Assembly (NCBI RefSeq): GCF_001194135.2
Contig: NC_068998.1
Coordinates: 16,569,576-16,604,320, forward strand
DNA: 34,745 nucleotides
Reading direction: 5' to 3'
Origin: Octopus bimaculoides
Lineage: Eukaryota
Shown here piece by piece: positions 22,530 to 34,353 of the stretch; position 1 is the stretch's first letter, and every line of letters starts with the position of its first letter. The notes beneath the pieces are model-generated. The model was not told the origin of the DNA. It was given only the letters and a program-made list of their open reading frames with translations, and did no database searches. Made by a program: the position numbers and the translations under genes.

Positions 22530-22802
22530 NNNNNNNNNNNNNNNNNNNNNNNNNNNNNNNNNNNNNNNNNNNNNNNNNNNNNNNNNNNNNNNNNNNNNNN
22601 NNNNNNNNNNNNNNNNNNNNNNNNNNNNNNNNNNNNNNNNNNNNNNNNNNNNNNNNNNNNNNNNNNNNNNNNNNNNNNNNNNNNNNNNNNNNNNNNNNNN
22701 NNNNNNNNNNNNNNNNNNNNNNNNNNNNNNNNNNNNNNNNNNNNNNNNNNNNNNNNNNNNNNNNNNNNNNNNNNNNNNNNNNNNNNNNNNNNNNNNNNNN
22801 NN
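22530..22802. other. Assembly gap
   Basis: Run of N. Confidence 1.
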
Positions 22803-22910
22803 AAGCACAAGGCCACATATTTTATCGACCTCAGTAATTGGCTGGAACTTATTTTATCGAATCTGGAGGGATGAAAGGCGGAATCGACCACCGCCGGATT
22901 CGAGCATTTA
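22803..22910 (-). mobile_element. SINE ('ggcagaat' family) fragment
   Basis: ggaacttattttatcgaatctggagggatgaaaggcggaatcgacc matches 15780-15845. Confidence 0.65.
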
Positions 22911-23871
22911 GAATATTATTAATATTGATTTTTTTTTTTTTTTTACATGTTAAATAGGTACGAGAACGTTTTTAGCGTGCAGGTTTGGGTTTTGTCAATC
23001 TATGCATTTCCTATGCATGGCTTGTATTTATTTTATCGACTCTGGAGTGACGAAAGGTCAAGTCGACATAAATTTGATTTGGCCTCCAAATCCCCAAGTG
23101 ACCTATTTGGTTTCATGAAAGATATCTTTTTCAGACTTTTTGTCTTCTGCTCCAAATCTACCTAAACAACGCGGATTTATTTTGACGGAGCAGGCTCAAG
23201 AGGATTTCTGTAAGGATGATAAAATATCGATTCAATCGACTCATGACATTTGTATTTTTATCACTCGAGTGATGGAAATGAGAGAATGACCGAGGTGAGA
23301 TTTGAACGTAAGAGAACTAGGAGTGAAACCTCGTCCATGTTTGCACTGGGTTAGAGGAACTTACCTTGCTGTTGAAAATTTTTTTTTTTTTTTACATAAG
23401 GTGGAAGCGGTAACATTACGCTTTATATAGTTCCAGAGGGTGTTAGAGACTTAACTAACAAGAAATGTCGATATTATAAAAAGACTTATTGTTAGGAAAT
23501 AGCTTTATAAAAGCGAGATATTTTGATAATGAACTAGAGAACAGATACGCATATATACAAAGCGAGAGTGGTGGGGGACAGGCATGTGTTCCTCATTGTT
23601 GTTGCACTCTTCACATAAATGACATTTTTGAGATGGAAATAATTTTTATACATACATCAAAATCCAGGTGAAAAAATATGCTAGGCAAGTGTTTAGAATT
23701 ATTTGAATAGCTTATAAACTTAAAATTGTAATAATAGCCAGCAACACAACAAAAAATATGTAAAGCAGAAATAGAAAGAAAGAAAAAATACACTACACAA
23801 TATTTGTATGAACAAAAATTGTGAGCAAACCTGAATACAGGTGGTAAAAACACACACGCACACAGATTTAC

Positions 23872-24205
23872 CTTTGTGGTAAGAAGTTGGCTTCCCAACC
23901 ATATAGTTTTGGGATCAATCCCAATGCCTGGTACATTGGTTAAGTGTCTTCTACTACACCCTGGGTTTTCCAAATCCTTGTGAGTGGATTTGGTAAACGG
24001 GAACTGAAAGAAGCCCACCGCACATACGTGTGTGTGTTTGTATGTCTGTCTCTTTGCTTTTACATTCAGTGAAAACATGTCTTGTCATGGGAAAACAGGT
24101 GAGGGTTGGCAACAGGAAGGGCCTTTGGCTGTAGAAAATCTGCCTCAGCAAATTCCATTCAACCCATGCAAGTATGGAAAAGTGGACATCAAGATGATGA
24201 TGATT
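23872..24205 (+). mobile_element. tRNA-head SINE with internal (TG)n and an RTE-like (GAT)n tail
   Basis: Head gtggtaagaagttggcttcccaacc...; body gagtggatttggtaaacgggaactgaaagaagccc; tail ttcaacccatgcaagtatggaaaagtggacatcaagatgatgatg. Confidence 0.8.
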
Positions 24206-24581
24206 ATATATATTTTTACGTGTGTTTTTTTTCCATCCTTGTATAGGTTAGATGAATAGATTATACATTGTTTTTACAGCCGGATACCCTTGGCTCTTTT
24301 TCAAGGAAGGGATCATTTATTCCACACAAAGCTAACTGATGTTTCTGTTTCAGTGGAAAATGAGAATCTTATTGCTTGTAGCTCAGCAATTTTTGGAGTA
24401 GTGCAGTTGTAAATACACATTTTGCATGCATCCCTGACCATGTATATATATGTATATATATATATACATATATATATAAATTCAAAAAAGGATAAAAATA
24501 TTTTACAAGAATTTTATCAGGAAGCCAGTGTGTAAAAAAATTCATAAGGGAAATTTCTATTCCCAAGAATATAATTATTCG

Positions 24582-24906
24582 TTTATATTTATATAAGGGC
24601 ATTTCTACAGAATAATGCCACACACTAGACTTCCCAAATAAACACATTTTGGTACCGAATGCGAGGAAAGCAACCAACAGAAGAAAACCAACTTTCTTTT
24701 AAATAACTCAACTATGTATCGACCGAATTATACTATGCTGATGAACGAAAATTAGATTCATTCTAGTAATCGTGAAATCGGTCGATACATAGTTGAGTTA
24801 TTTAAAAGAAAGTTGGTTGCTTTCCTCGCATTTGGTACTAAATGTGTTTATTTAGGAAGTCTAGTGTGTGGCATTATTCTGTAGTAATGCCCTTATATAA
24901 ATATAA

Positions 24907-24907
<1 letters not shown>
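24582..24907. mobile_element. Near-perfect long inverted repeat (foldback element or long-TIR MITE)
   Basis: Arms 24582-24726 and 24778-24907 differ by 4 substitutions, a 1-nt indel and a 14-nt insertion in the left arm. The spacer is 51 bp and (TA)n follows on the right. Confidence 0.85.
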
Positions 24908-24940
<33 letters not shown>

Positions 24941-27496
24941 ATCCCACCCATGCCAGCATGGAGGGTGGACATTAAATGATGATGATATATATAAAATCAT
25001 TTGGCAGAGTTGTTAGTGTATTGGATAGATTGCTTGACTGGTGGGCTGGAATGATTATTGCAAAGCAATCAATCTAACCAAAGTTGACCTTGATAGGATT
25101 TAAGCTCAGAGTGCAGAGTGCATTCTGAGTTTAATTCCTGCCAAGGTTAACTTTGCTTCTCATCCAGAGCTGTACTGGGGATCAGCTTTTCTCAAGCTCT
25201 TTCTTTATTTGATTTTTTTCTTTTTTCTCTCTCAGAAGACATTAACTGTGGTTAGATCTCTGTCATGATTGTGGCTTTGTGATTCTGTCAAGGAGTTAAG
25301 GACCCATGCCACATGTGTGTATATGTGTGTGTGTGTGCATGCACTACAAACTGAATTTAATGGTTTTATAACATTCTACAAATGTGCGCAAGGTTGTTTA
25401 ATATGAGAACATCAGGCAAAAGAGTGTGATGGGAGGCAAGGCTTGGTGATACTACAAATATGAAATACTTAATAAGAAAAAATGCTATAAATAAATATGT
25501 ACTCAATTTTCGTTTTGCTTATCAAATAGGCGAGCAGTTTTATTGACTTCAGTGAATAACAGAAGTTCATGCATTTCTGTGGAGTGAGTGAAACTGCTGT
25601 GACTGGGAATTGAATATAGCTGAGAGTATGGATGGGATTCAAAGATCCAGTTTACTGGGGAGATTGTCATTTGTACTACGGTGCTAATTAACTTAATAAA
25701 TGTAGAATCAAGTTAAAAAGATTCTGTTTGTGTGTCTGAACTTAACACTTTTAGAGTAAGAGTCACATTTGTTATTTTACTGCAAGAATAGAAAACAAAA
25801 GTTGAAGATTATGAGCATTATAGTATTTGTAGCCTTGTTTTATCATCTAATCATGGATCTGCATAATTGGTATGCTCAGTTGTGAACCATGTTACGCTTA
25901 TGGATTGAGCTATGAGTCAGTGATCAGTCAAAGATTCTGCTTCTATCTCAAAAATATGCCCCAGTGACCACCCACAATGCTCACTTATCCAGAATGTGCT
26001 GTTGCTTGTGTTTACATTACTGTGCTGTGAGGTTGCATATTTTTTTAAAATACAAAGTTATGTATTTGTAACCACCAACAGGAGACCAGTGAACAGAAAA
26101 AATGCAAAGGAGCTTGAGTCTAGTAAATGATGATGATGTAGATGGGTGACTGTCTACAGGAAAAGGTAAAGATTATCCAGAAAATATGTGACAGTGGAAG
26201 CTTCACTGCTGTGGGCTGTGAGTTTGGTAGCAGTGATTCTACAATCTTTTCCATTTACAAAGTGCATGGAGCTGATTCATTTATCACTGTTTTTCTTTTT
26301 TCAACCAGACCCTGGTGATTAACAAAAAAGTATATACATTGTTATTACTCTCAGATATTAGAATTTTTTTTATATATTGTTATAAAATATATTTTTAATT
26401 GGATAGTTTCCCTACTCTCAGTTGTGTCACTTAAAAGTCAATAGTAATAAATAATTACCAGGTATTTACATATAAATGTAGTACAATTGATTATCATCAT
26501 GGCATTTTTTGCTTTTGTCAATCAGTTTGATATCATCTCTACTCTTGTAGTTTCCAGTCATTGTCTTTATAGCATGTTCTTGTTTCTCAAAACTTACCGT
26601 GATCTTATTTATTATGAGTGATAGAATGTAATTAGAAGCATTAAAAAATTGAGCATCTTTTTACCCATGTAAAGTTTGGATGGTTTTATATTTCCTAAGT
26701 AAATGCTTTGCTATCTTAAATTGAGGTTATATAACTTTTAGACAAACCTAGACAATGGTTCAGATTAATATGATTCAAAGACATTTGCAACAGAATTACT
26801 TCTCCAACTTTATTGAACGCAAGTAGAATTAATAAGAAACAAAAGATGTTGCGAATTTCAAAAATTCCTGGACTTTTTATATAAGATCTCAGCAGCTTTT
26901 CCCAGACCTATATTAAAAAGAAAACATCACTCATGATATAAAGTATTTTTGCTTTACATTATGAAAACAGAAATAAATTTTAAAATGGTAATAAAAAGGC
27001 ATTTCTGGTCATTCATTCATTTACTTATCTTCCTTAAATCTGAAATTTGTTTCATTTCTTTTTTTATCTTTTAATTAATATTTGAGGATAATTCCTCAAT
27101 ATCGTGGTGAGTTGACACCCAGATAGAGAACTAAATTATTAGAAAAGGACGAAGAAAAAAAATAGAGAAAACTGGGGAAATTTTTTATGATGCAACTTGC
27201 TCATCTGATCTGTAAGATGGCAATTCCAACCAGATGGAAAGTGGCATGGTAATGGATAGATAGAGCCATAAAAGCCTAGAAGCACACTTGAAAAGGATAG
27301 GGATAAGGGATGACACCTGGCTGCTAGACACTAAGTTATTATCTAGCAAAGAGGAAAGCACTGATGCTGCAAAGAAAGTGGCTTAGAAATTCCAAGGTGT
27401 GAGATATTTAAGCCCAGCTGATTTGACTCTGAAGTATTTGATATCAGTTTTAATGTTTCTCTCATTCTCTCCCTGTTTATGTGTGTGAGCATTTAG

Positions 27497-27652
27497 TTAT
27501 GTTTGTATAGATGTGTTTACCTCCAGCATCAAAATAGATTGAATGTCCAGTTAGTCTTGCCATCAGCGTCCAAAGGCAATGCCCAATCATCACATTCTGG
27601 AAATGCTATTACTATGAGATTGCTGAATGAAGAAAATGTATGGCTATTCAAG
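27497..27652 (+). CDS. Putative third coding exon of the plus-strand gene (...CVYLQHQNRLNVQLVLPSASKGNAQSSHSGNAITMRLLNEENVWLFK); both boundaries uncertain
   Basis: Pyrimidine tract at 27448-27480; candidate acceptors at 27497 (phase 0), 27511 (phase 2) and 27527 (phase 0); candidate donors at 27638 (GTATGG) or 27653 (GTAGAC). The frame is open in unique sequence. Confidence 0.45.
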
Positions 27653-27711
27653 GTAGACCTTTTGAGTTTAACAGACATTATTGAAAGGGCTCTTAGGCTG
27701 CTATTATTATC

Positions 27712-27905
27712 AGGCCAAAGGCAGTAAGCTGGCAGAATCATTATCATGCTAGGTGAAATATTTAGCGGTATTTCGTCTGCTGCTACATTCTGAGTTCAAA
27801 TTCCGCCAAGGTTGACTTTGCTTTTCATCCTTTCGGGGGTTGATTGATTGATTGATTGATTATTCCCCTCCCCGAAATTTCAGGCCTTGTGCCTATAATA
27901 GAAAC
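27712..27905 (+). mobile_element. SINE ('ggcagaat' family) with internal (TTGA)n
   Basis: aaggcagtaagctggcagaatc...tttagcggtatttcgtctgctgctacattctgagttcaaattccgccaaggttgactttgcttttcatcctttcgggg. Confidence 0.85.
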
Positions 27906-27964
27906 AATTATTAATAGGCCAAGGAACTACATTAAGGTTCACCAAGTAATAACACAGAAAGCTG

Positions 27965-28245
27965 GATATTCCTAATGACTGTTATAGTAGCAACATTGTA
28001 ACCTGCTACAAAAACAAAGGAGATGCTCTAGAAAGGAGCAACTACAGGAGTCTCAAATGGATAGATTATGAAAGGGGTAGTAAGAAGTGTATAGCATTGC
28101 TAATTTGGTAGAGAATCACTAAATGCCTTCTTGTTAGTGAGGCACTTAACAGAAGTTTGTACTAATACTAAGCTACAGTACCTAGCGTTTGTTAAACTGG
28201 AAAAGACCTTTTACAAAGTACTGTATTGGGTAGCCTGGTCATCAA
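27965..28245 (+). mobile_element. Decayed RTE-clade LINE RT fragment
   Basis: Translates in part to IVTCYKNKGDALERSNYRSLKWID and YLAFVKLEKTFYKV, degenerate forms of the RT motifs YKGKGD..NYR.IKL and FVDLEKAFD.V. Confidence 0.7.
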
Positions 28246-28577
28246 ACAAAATTGGGTGTAGATGAATAAGCAACTACACCCAATTTGATCACAATTACTG
28301 CTTTATTTTGCTGTGGTAGTTGTGTGCAGCCAACTGATAAATGCACACACTGAAGTATAGATTGTGTACTAAAAACATGTATTTTATTATGTCAGAATTG
28401 TTCTACTTTTTTTATGATACTAATCTACATGCTTCACAAATCCTTTCTTTGTTTAAGATTAACTAAAAACATTTCTCTGATTGGTAAAAACTGAGTGGCC
28501 AGCTGTTTAGTGCTTTCCATTTCATTTTAATGCCAACTATTGTAGAATATATATACATACATATAAGCATATGTGTA

Positions 28578-28628
<51 letters not shown>

Positions 28629-28717
28629 TAAAAGGGTAAAGGATTATCAATTTATTAATTAATAAATCAATTAATAATTAATAATTTTTATCAAGCCCAT
28701 CGGTATGAAAGCACCAT

Positions 28718-28840
28718 TATTGGTGGAGAACTTATTCTTTGAATAAGTTCTCCACCAATATATATATATATATATATAATAACTTGCAGATGGAAATTCA
28801 TAGGCTTTATTAATGCATAAATTTCCATCTGCAAATTATT
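28718..28840. repeat. Two adjacent hairpins separated by (TA)n
   Basis: Perfect 20-bp arms with a 3-nt loop (28718-28760), and 15-bp perfect arms TTGCAGATGGAAATT / AATTTCCATCTGCAA (28784-28834). Confidence 0.9.
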
Positions 28841-29868
28841 GTTGTCATTATATTTGTCCTAAGCTGAAAGGAGTTTCAGGTGTGTAACCATACTATAAGT
28901 ATGTAAAGAATATTTTATGTAAATTAAAAGAATGTCAAAATCATTTATAAGAAATATTATCATAATCGTTTTCTGAATCACTTGCACTTGCACTAGGCTT
29001 GCAGACACCATCACTTGTGGATGCAATCACCAATTCAAAAGCACTCATAGATGGGTTTGTAGATTGTTTTTTTAAAAAACAAATCTATATGTTTGCTTAG
29101 AAGCTTTCTTTATCTCTCTATAAATTTCTTGGTAACATGCAGAAGCATTTATGAGAGTGGAAACTTTTGCACTTTTTTTCAAAATTTGCATCTTGTATTT
29201 GAAAAATTTATGATAAAATAAAATTCATAAACCTGAAGTCTCATAAAGCAAGGTATACACACACACACACACACATATGATGGACTCCCCCATTGAAGTC
29301 AACGTATGAGTGTTCAACTTTTTTGCCGAATGACTTGCACAAATGATCTCTTTATAGTTTACTCTCTCCCTCCATCAAATTGACGTTGCCTGAACAGGTG
29401 GACAGCGTGTCAGGTGTTGAAATGATTATGGTTTCAATGTATGTATATATGTGTGTGTGTGTGTGTATATATATATACATTAGATATACCAAGCAACATA
29501 TGTTGTATGAAGTGCACCACAGAATTCCAATCAATTGGAATTCATAATTTTGTGAACTAGGTATTCTCCTTAACTCTGTCACTCTATTCTGTTAATTCAT
29601 ATATTGCCAGAGCTAACCTTTCTTTGAGCTAAATAAATTTAGGTAGATTAAATTAGCAGTAGAAACTAATCAGGAAGCAGAGCATGCCATGATCATAACT
29701 GATTTAGACTTATATTTCGAAATTGCTTCTGATTATTGTTGTTGATTTTGATTATTAATTACATTACAGAGTTTTAATCAATTTTAGATAGATTTCTCCT
29801 GTTCTAGCGTTAATTTTAATTAAAGTTCTCTGCATGATACACACATATATTCATACAGACAAGTACAT

Positions 29869-29915
<47 letters not shown>

Positions 29916-30539
29916 CACACACACGCACATATATATACATACACATGTACGTACATATATGTTGATGGATAGCCTTTTTTATTCCTTCCAAAAGGGGTTT
30001 TCAACCCAATATTTATATGCTATTGTTTATAGTTTTGTGTTTTGAGATCCTCTATTCCATAAAAGGACACAAGCATAATCTACTGTTTGTCACTTCTCAA
30101 ACTTTATTTTCATCACTTGGTCATAATATATGAACAGTTCTCGTTTTTTTATTTCTTACAATAAGTTTCCACTTGTGTGAAGTATATGTTAATTAACTTT
30201 TAACCGCTATATGTCTGAATTACTTTCAGTTTAGTCTGAACTAGTCACTCCTGCCAAGAGGTTGAGTTACGGAATAGCTAACTAGTTAAGAACTGTGATC
30301 TTTGCTGCAGTATATGGACAAAACATACTTTTTATTGTTATAGTGTGTTTAACTAATTATTAGTCTGTTTGAAATGTTACTAAATTTAATATGCATTTAA
30401 TTAGTTGCTCTCACTGTTATTAGTCAGATGTAAACTACTTTTCTATATATATAATAAATTAGATGGCATACTACTTGGTGTTTACAGTTGAAATTATCTA
30501 GAGTTAGTCTTGTTCCCTTTTAATTTAATTTCAAGTGCT

Positions 30540-30915
30540 GCATCTCTCACAATGACATGGTTTTGAGTTTAGTTCTGCAGGGTGCCTTGAGAGCATTGTT
30601 TTCTTCTATAAACCCTGGTTTACCAAAGTTTTGAGAGTGGATTTGGTAGATGGAACCTGAAAGAAGGCTGTTGTGTGGGTGTGTTAGTATTCGTGTCTCC
30701 CAGTCTTGATACATGCCTGATTATTGTAAATGAATGTCGATCATTTCCAATATTCTGTGAAAACATGTCACATGGAAATATTATCCTGCTTAGAAACAGG
30801 TAAGGGTTGGTGACAGGAAACAAGTATAGGTTGTATCTGATCCTACAAAATCTGCTTCCATAAACTCCATCCAACTCTTGCAAACATAGAAAAATAGTTC
30901 TTGAAAAATGATGAT
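30540..30915 (+). mobile_element. Degenerate tRNA-head SINE with an RTE-like tail
   Basis: gagagtggatttggtagatggaacctgaaagaaggc...ccatccaactcttgcaaacatagaaaaatag...atgatgat. Confidence 0.7.
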
Positions 30916-32352
30916 AAATCTATTGAGAGAACTCTGTGGTTGCTTGATTTATGTTCCTCACATCAAACTTTACTCACATAATGGAAGGACATAGATAAAT
31001 ATTGTCCTGGATGCATCATGTCTAGAAGACAGAAAAGTCAGGAATGCCTTTGATTTTAAGGCCTGCATAACCTAAACAACAATTATTGAGTCTACATCAG
31101 AAGTTCTGAAATAGCCATGTATATTCAATTTGGAATTCATTTATTACCATTAGACAATTCACAAGCCTCAGAAATGGTCTTGAACTTCAGTTGCTATTTA
31201 TCTCCAGGTCTGTACTGAATTAGTAGACCTGTTATCAAAGACTTTCCCTTCTTTTTCTAGAGCACATTATTCATTGTGTCCTTCTACTTCGGATGCTATT
31301 TCTAGCAGATCAAGTGACCACTATAGAGATCAAAATTCTGCTTACTTGATTATTAGAGTTGCTGTTATTTAGCTTAAACTTTTTTTTTAGTCTTTAATTG
31401 GTTTTAATACCTTTTAAAATCAATTGATTTTCCTCTAAAATACAAAATGCAACAAAAGAGATCCCATCTTCCCCCACAAAGAGAAATCAGGGAGAAGTTT
31501 AGTCCTTTTATTTTAAAAGATGTAACTGTCAGGTAAGTGATTTGATCTGAGACTGTGTGTTCAAACTAAAACAATTACAGTATCGAAGATACACTAGCCA
31601 TTCAAAAACCCGAAAACTGTTAACTTTACTGAAATGTGTGACATTTATTTGATTGTAGAACTGTGTTAGTGACCAGCTTACAGTCAGTGTGACAAAAATT
31701 TGAACACCAAATAATAAATGCTCAAGTTAACAGCTTTTGCACATTCTTGAATGGCTAATTTGTTTTCCACATTGTAATTCTTATATACACACACTTTAAT
31801 GTTTGCTAATTATACTTTTAGTAGATTTAATACAAAATCTTACAACATACTACAGCCATTTTATATAATCATTCTTATGAGTTAAGTATGTCTTTGCAAA
31901 TGTTAGCAGTTGTGTAGTGGAAATATCTCTTTACTACTCTTGTAGCATTAATGTGAGTTTTCAAAGAACTGTATTTTAAGGACATCTAGTGTTCATAGCT
32001 CTTCTAAATTCAGAAGACTAATAAGAATCCATATAAGGAGACTTACTTCAGAATAACATTTTAAAAATATCAGTATTAGAGGTTTTCTAATTTTTAGTTT
32101 ATTTTAATAATTTCTTTATTCTTGGTTGATGTTTCTATAGTGTTTAATGTCAATATGATGAATGTCTATAACTATAGTATATATCTATAAAGGCCATTAA
32201 CTGAGGGGGTCATGGACTCCTTGTGTCAGGGCTAGTGAAGTCCAGGGGGTCAGCTTGTGCTTGTTTTTTTGTTTTTTTTGTTTCTCCAGTCTGGGTTGGG
32301 TGGGAATAAGTTGCTTTCATATGTGTGTGTGTATATACACACATACACGCAT

Positions 32353-32495
32353 CTTTTATCTTTTACTTGTTTCAGTCATTAAACTGTGGCCATGTCTTGA
32401 AGGATTTTAATCAAATGAATCGATGCCAGTGCTTTTTATTCTTTTTTTTTTTAAGTCTGGTGCTTATTCTGTTAGTCTTTTTTGCTGAACTGCTA
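32353..32495 (-). mobile_element. 3' fragment of the tRNA-SINE family seen at 16283-16686
   Basis: ttttatcttttacttgtttcagtcattaaactgtggccatg aligns with 16285-16420. Confidence 0.7.
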
Positions 32496-32585
32496 CACAC
32501 ACGCACACACATATATACAGGCCTACAAAAATGCTTAACTCTTGCTTAATGTTATTGGCTTTGAAGTAGCACATCTGCAAGTTAA

Positions 32586-32807
32586 CCATTTTATTAGCAT
32601 ATTTTTTTAAAAAGTACACTGCCTTTGCTTCAGTTAATTTCGAAAATTATCGAAACATTTTAGTAAAATAACTTTCTTTATTAAGCTGGCGTTTGGAACA
32701 TAAATTAACATTAAATTTTGGTGGAAGATTTTTAATGTAAATCCATTAAAGACCTGCAGTTTGAATCCTGGAGTCATTGGCAGTATTTGGGGTTGGTATT
32801 AACTGAG
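32586..32807. mobile_element. piggyBac-like MITE (family 2), diverged copy
   Basis: ttaa|CCATTTTATTAGCAT...tacactgcctttg...GGTTGGTATTAACTGAG|ttaa, colinear with 5116-5322. Confidence 0.7.
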
Positions 32808-32969
32808 TTAATCCTTTTGATACTAACCTACATGAGATCCTCCTTTGTTCTATGGTACAAGTTAACAAAAAATTCCTTCCTTCAAAATTTCATATTGACT
32901 TAAGTTACAAACATCAACTTGTGAGTTATTTTACTAAATTCTTTATTTTCAAAATTATTTGATACAAAA

Positions 32970-33098
32970 GCTGTAGAAACTCTGCCAAATCAGATTGGAG
33001 CCTGGTGCAGCCATCCGGTTTCACCAGTCCTCAGTCGAATCGTCCAACCCATGCTAGCATGGAAAGCGGACGTTAAACGATGACGATAATGATGATGA
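32970..33098 (+). mobile_element. 5'-truncated SINE tail, little diverged
   Basis: Nearly identical to 34125-34249 and to the reverse complement of 7490-7615. Confidence 0.85.
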
Positions 33099-33714
33099 AA
33101 GGCAGTGTTTTTCAACAGAAATATGGTGGCAAAAGTATTAATTTCTGTGTTTTTAAACTATTTTGCATGTTTAATTTATAGTTAACAAACGGGAAATATT
33201 CCATTTTTAAATAACGCTTTCAGTTCTTTATCTGTTTATACTTTTTCCAGTGTATCAGTTGTCTTATTTATGATGTGTGTTTGTGTTTGCTTGTTATGCT
33301 TTGAGTACTATCTACTCTCTCTCTCTCTCTCGATACAATGCTTCTACCGTTATTTATTATTCTTACTATTTAGGTGTATTCTTTCAAAATGTCAGCTCTT
33401 GTCTAGTAGAAATATCTTCCTACTAACCTTATAACTCAAATAGCTTTATTTTAAGAATATCTGGTGTTCTCCAACGCTGAACTCAAATTATTCATGACAC
33501 AGGAGAAGGCAATACAGAAGCTGAGTGATTGTTTTTAGAAAAATTTTTTTACATTTTCCTATGATGATAAATCTTATCACCTTTTTTTGGACAAGCAGGC
33601 CATTCTGTATCATGCTTCCCTACCTGTTGTTTTTGTTGATTTAAATATTTACTTAGAGAGTCTATATAACAGGATATCCTGTTGTACTGTGACAGAGATG
33701 ATTTATCAATCAGG

Positions 33715-34249
33715 AAAGGTGCTGGCATAGCTGTATGGTTTAGATGTTTGGTTCCCAACCATGTGGTTTTTTGGGTTCAATCCTACTGCACAGCACCGTG
33801 GACAATATCTTGTGGTGTAGTGTAATATAGACCATTTATTAATCAAGAAGGGTGCAGGCATGGGCTGTGTGGTTAAGAAGCTTGTTTCCCAACCATCTGG
33901 TTTGGGATTCAGGCCCACTGCACTCACTTTTGACAAGTGTTTACTGCTATACCCCAGGCTAACCCTTGAATGGATTATTTGGTATATGGACACTAAAAGA
34001 AGCCCATTTTGTATGATACACAAAATGGGCTTATATATAAGTACTGTGTGACTGGCCCTCGTGCCAGTGGCACGTAAAATCACCCACTACACTCTCGGAG
34101 TGATTGGCATTAGGAAGGGCAGTCAGCTGTAGAAACTCTGCTAGATCAGATTGGAGCCTGGTGCAGCCTTCTGGTTCACCAGTCCTCAGTCAAATCGTCC
34201 AACCCATGCCAGCATGGAAAGCGGACATTAAACGATGATGATGATGATG
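33715..34249 (+). mobile_element. Tandem SINE heads (about 33715-33830 and 33850-34050) followed by a (GAT)n-tailed 3' half (about 34055-34249)
   Basis: Two tRNA-like heads (gctgtatggtttagatgtttggttcccaacc; ggctgtgtggttaagaagcttgtttcccaacc) and the tail cgtccaacccatgccagcatggaaagcggacattaaacgatgatgatg. Confidence 0.8.
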
Positions 34250-34353
34250 AAAGTGTTTGTGTATTTCCTTATCTTTTGGCATCGTGTCTTAGTTGTAAAT
34301 GAGCAATATCTTCATACAATGTTCATTTCCAGTCTTCTGTGGAAAATATGTCT

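Noticed and set aside
27180-27330. Purine-rich segment reading HKSLEAHLKRIGIRDDTWLL, possibly a retroelement C-terminus
   Set aside because: Too short and degenerate to assign without a profile search.
29358-29438. Possible further exon of the plus-strand gene (LLSPSIKLTLPEQVDSVSGVEMIMVS)
   Set aside because: It needs a phase-2 upstream donor that I could not match to the 27.5-kb exon, and the peptide is uninformative.
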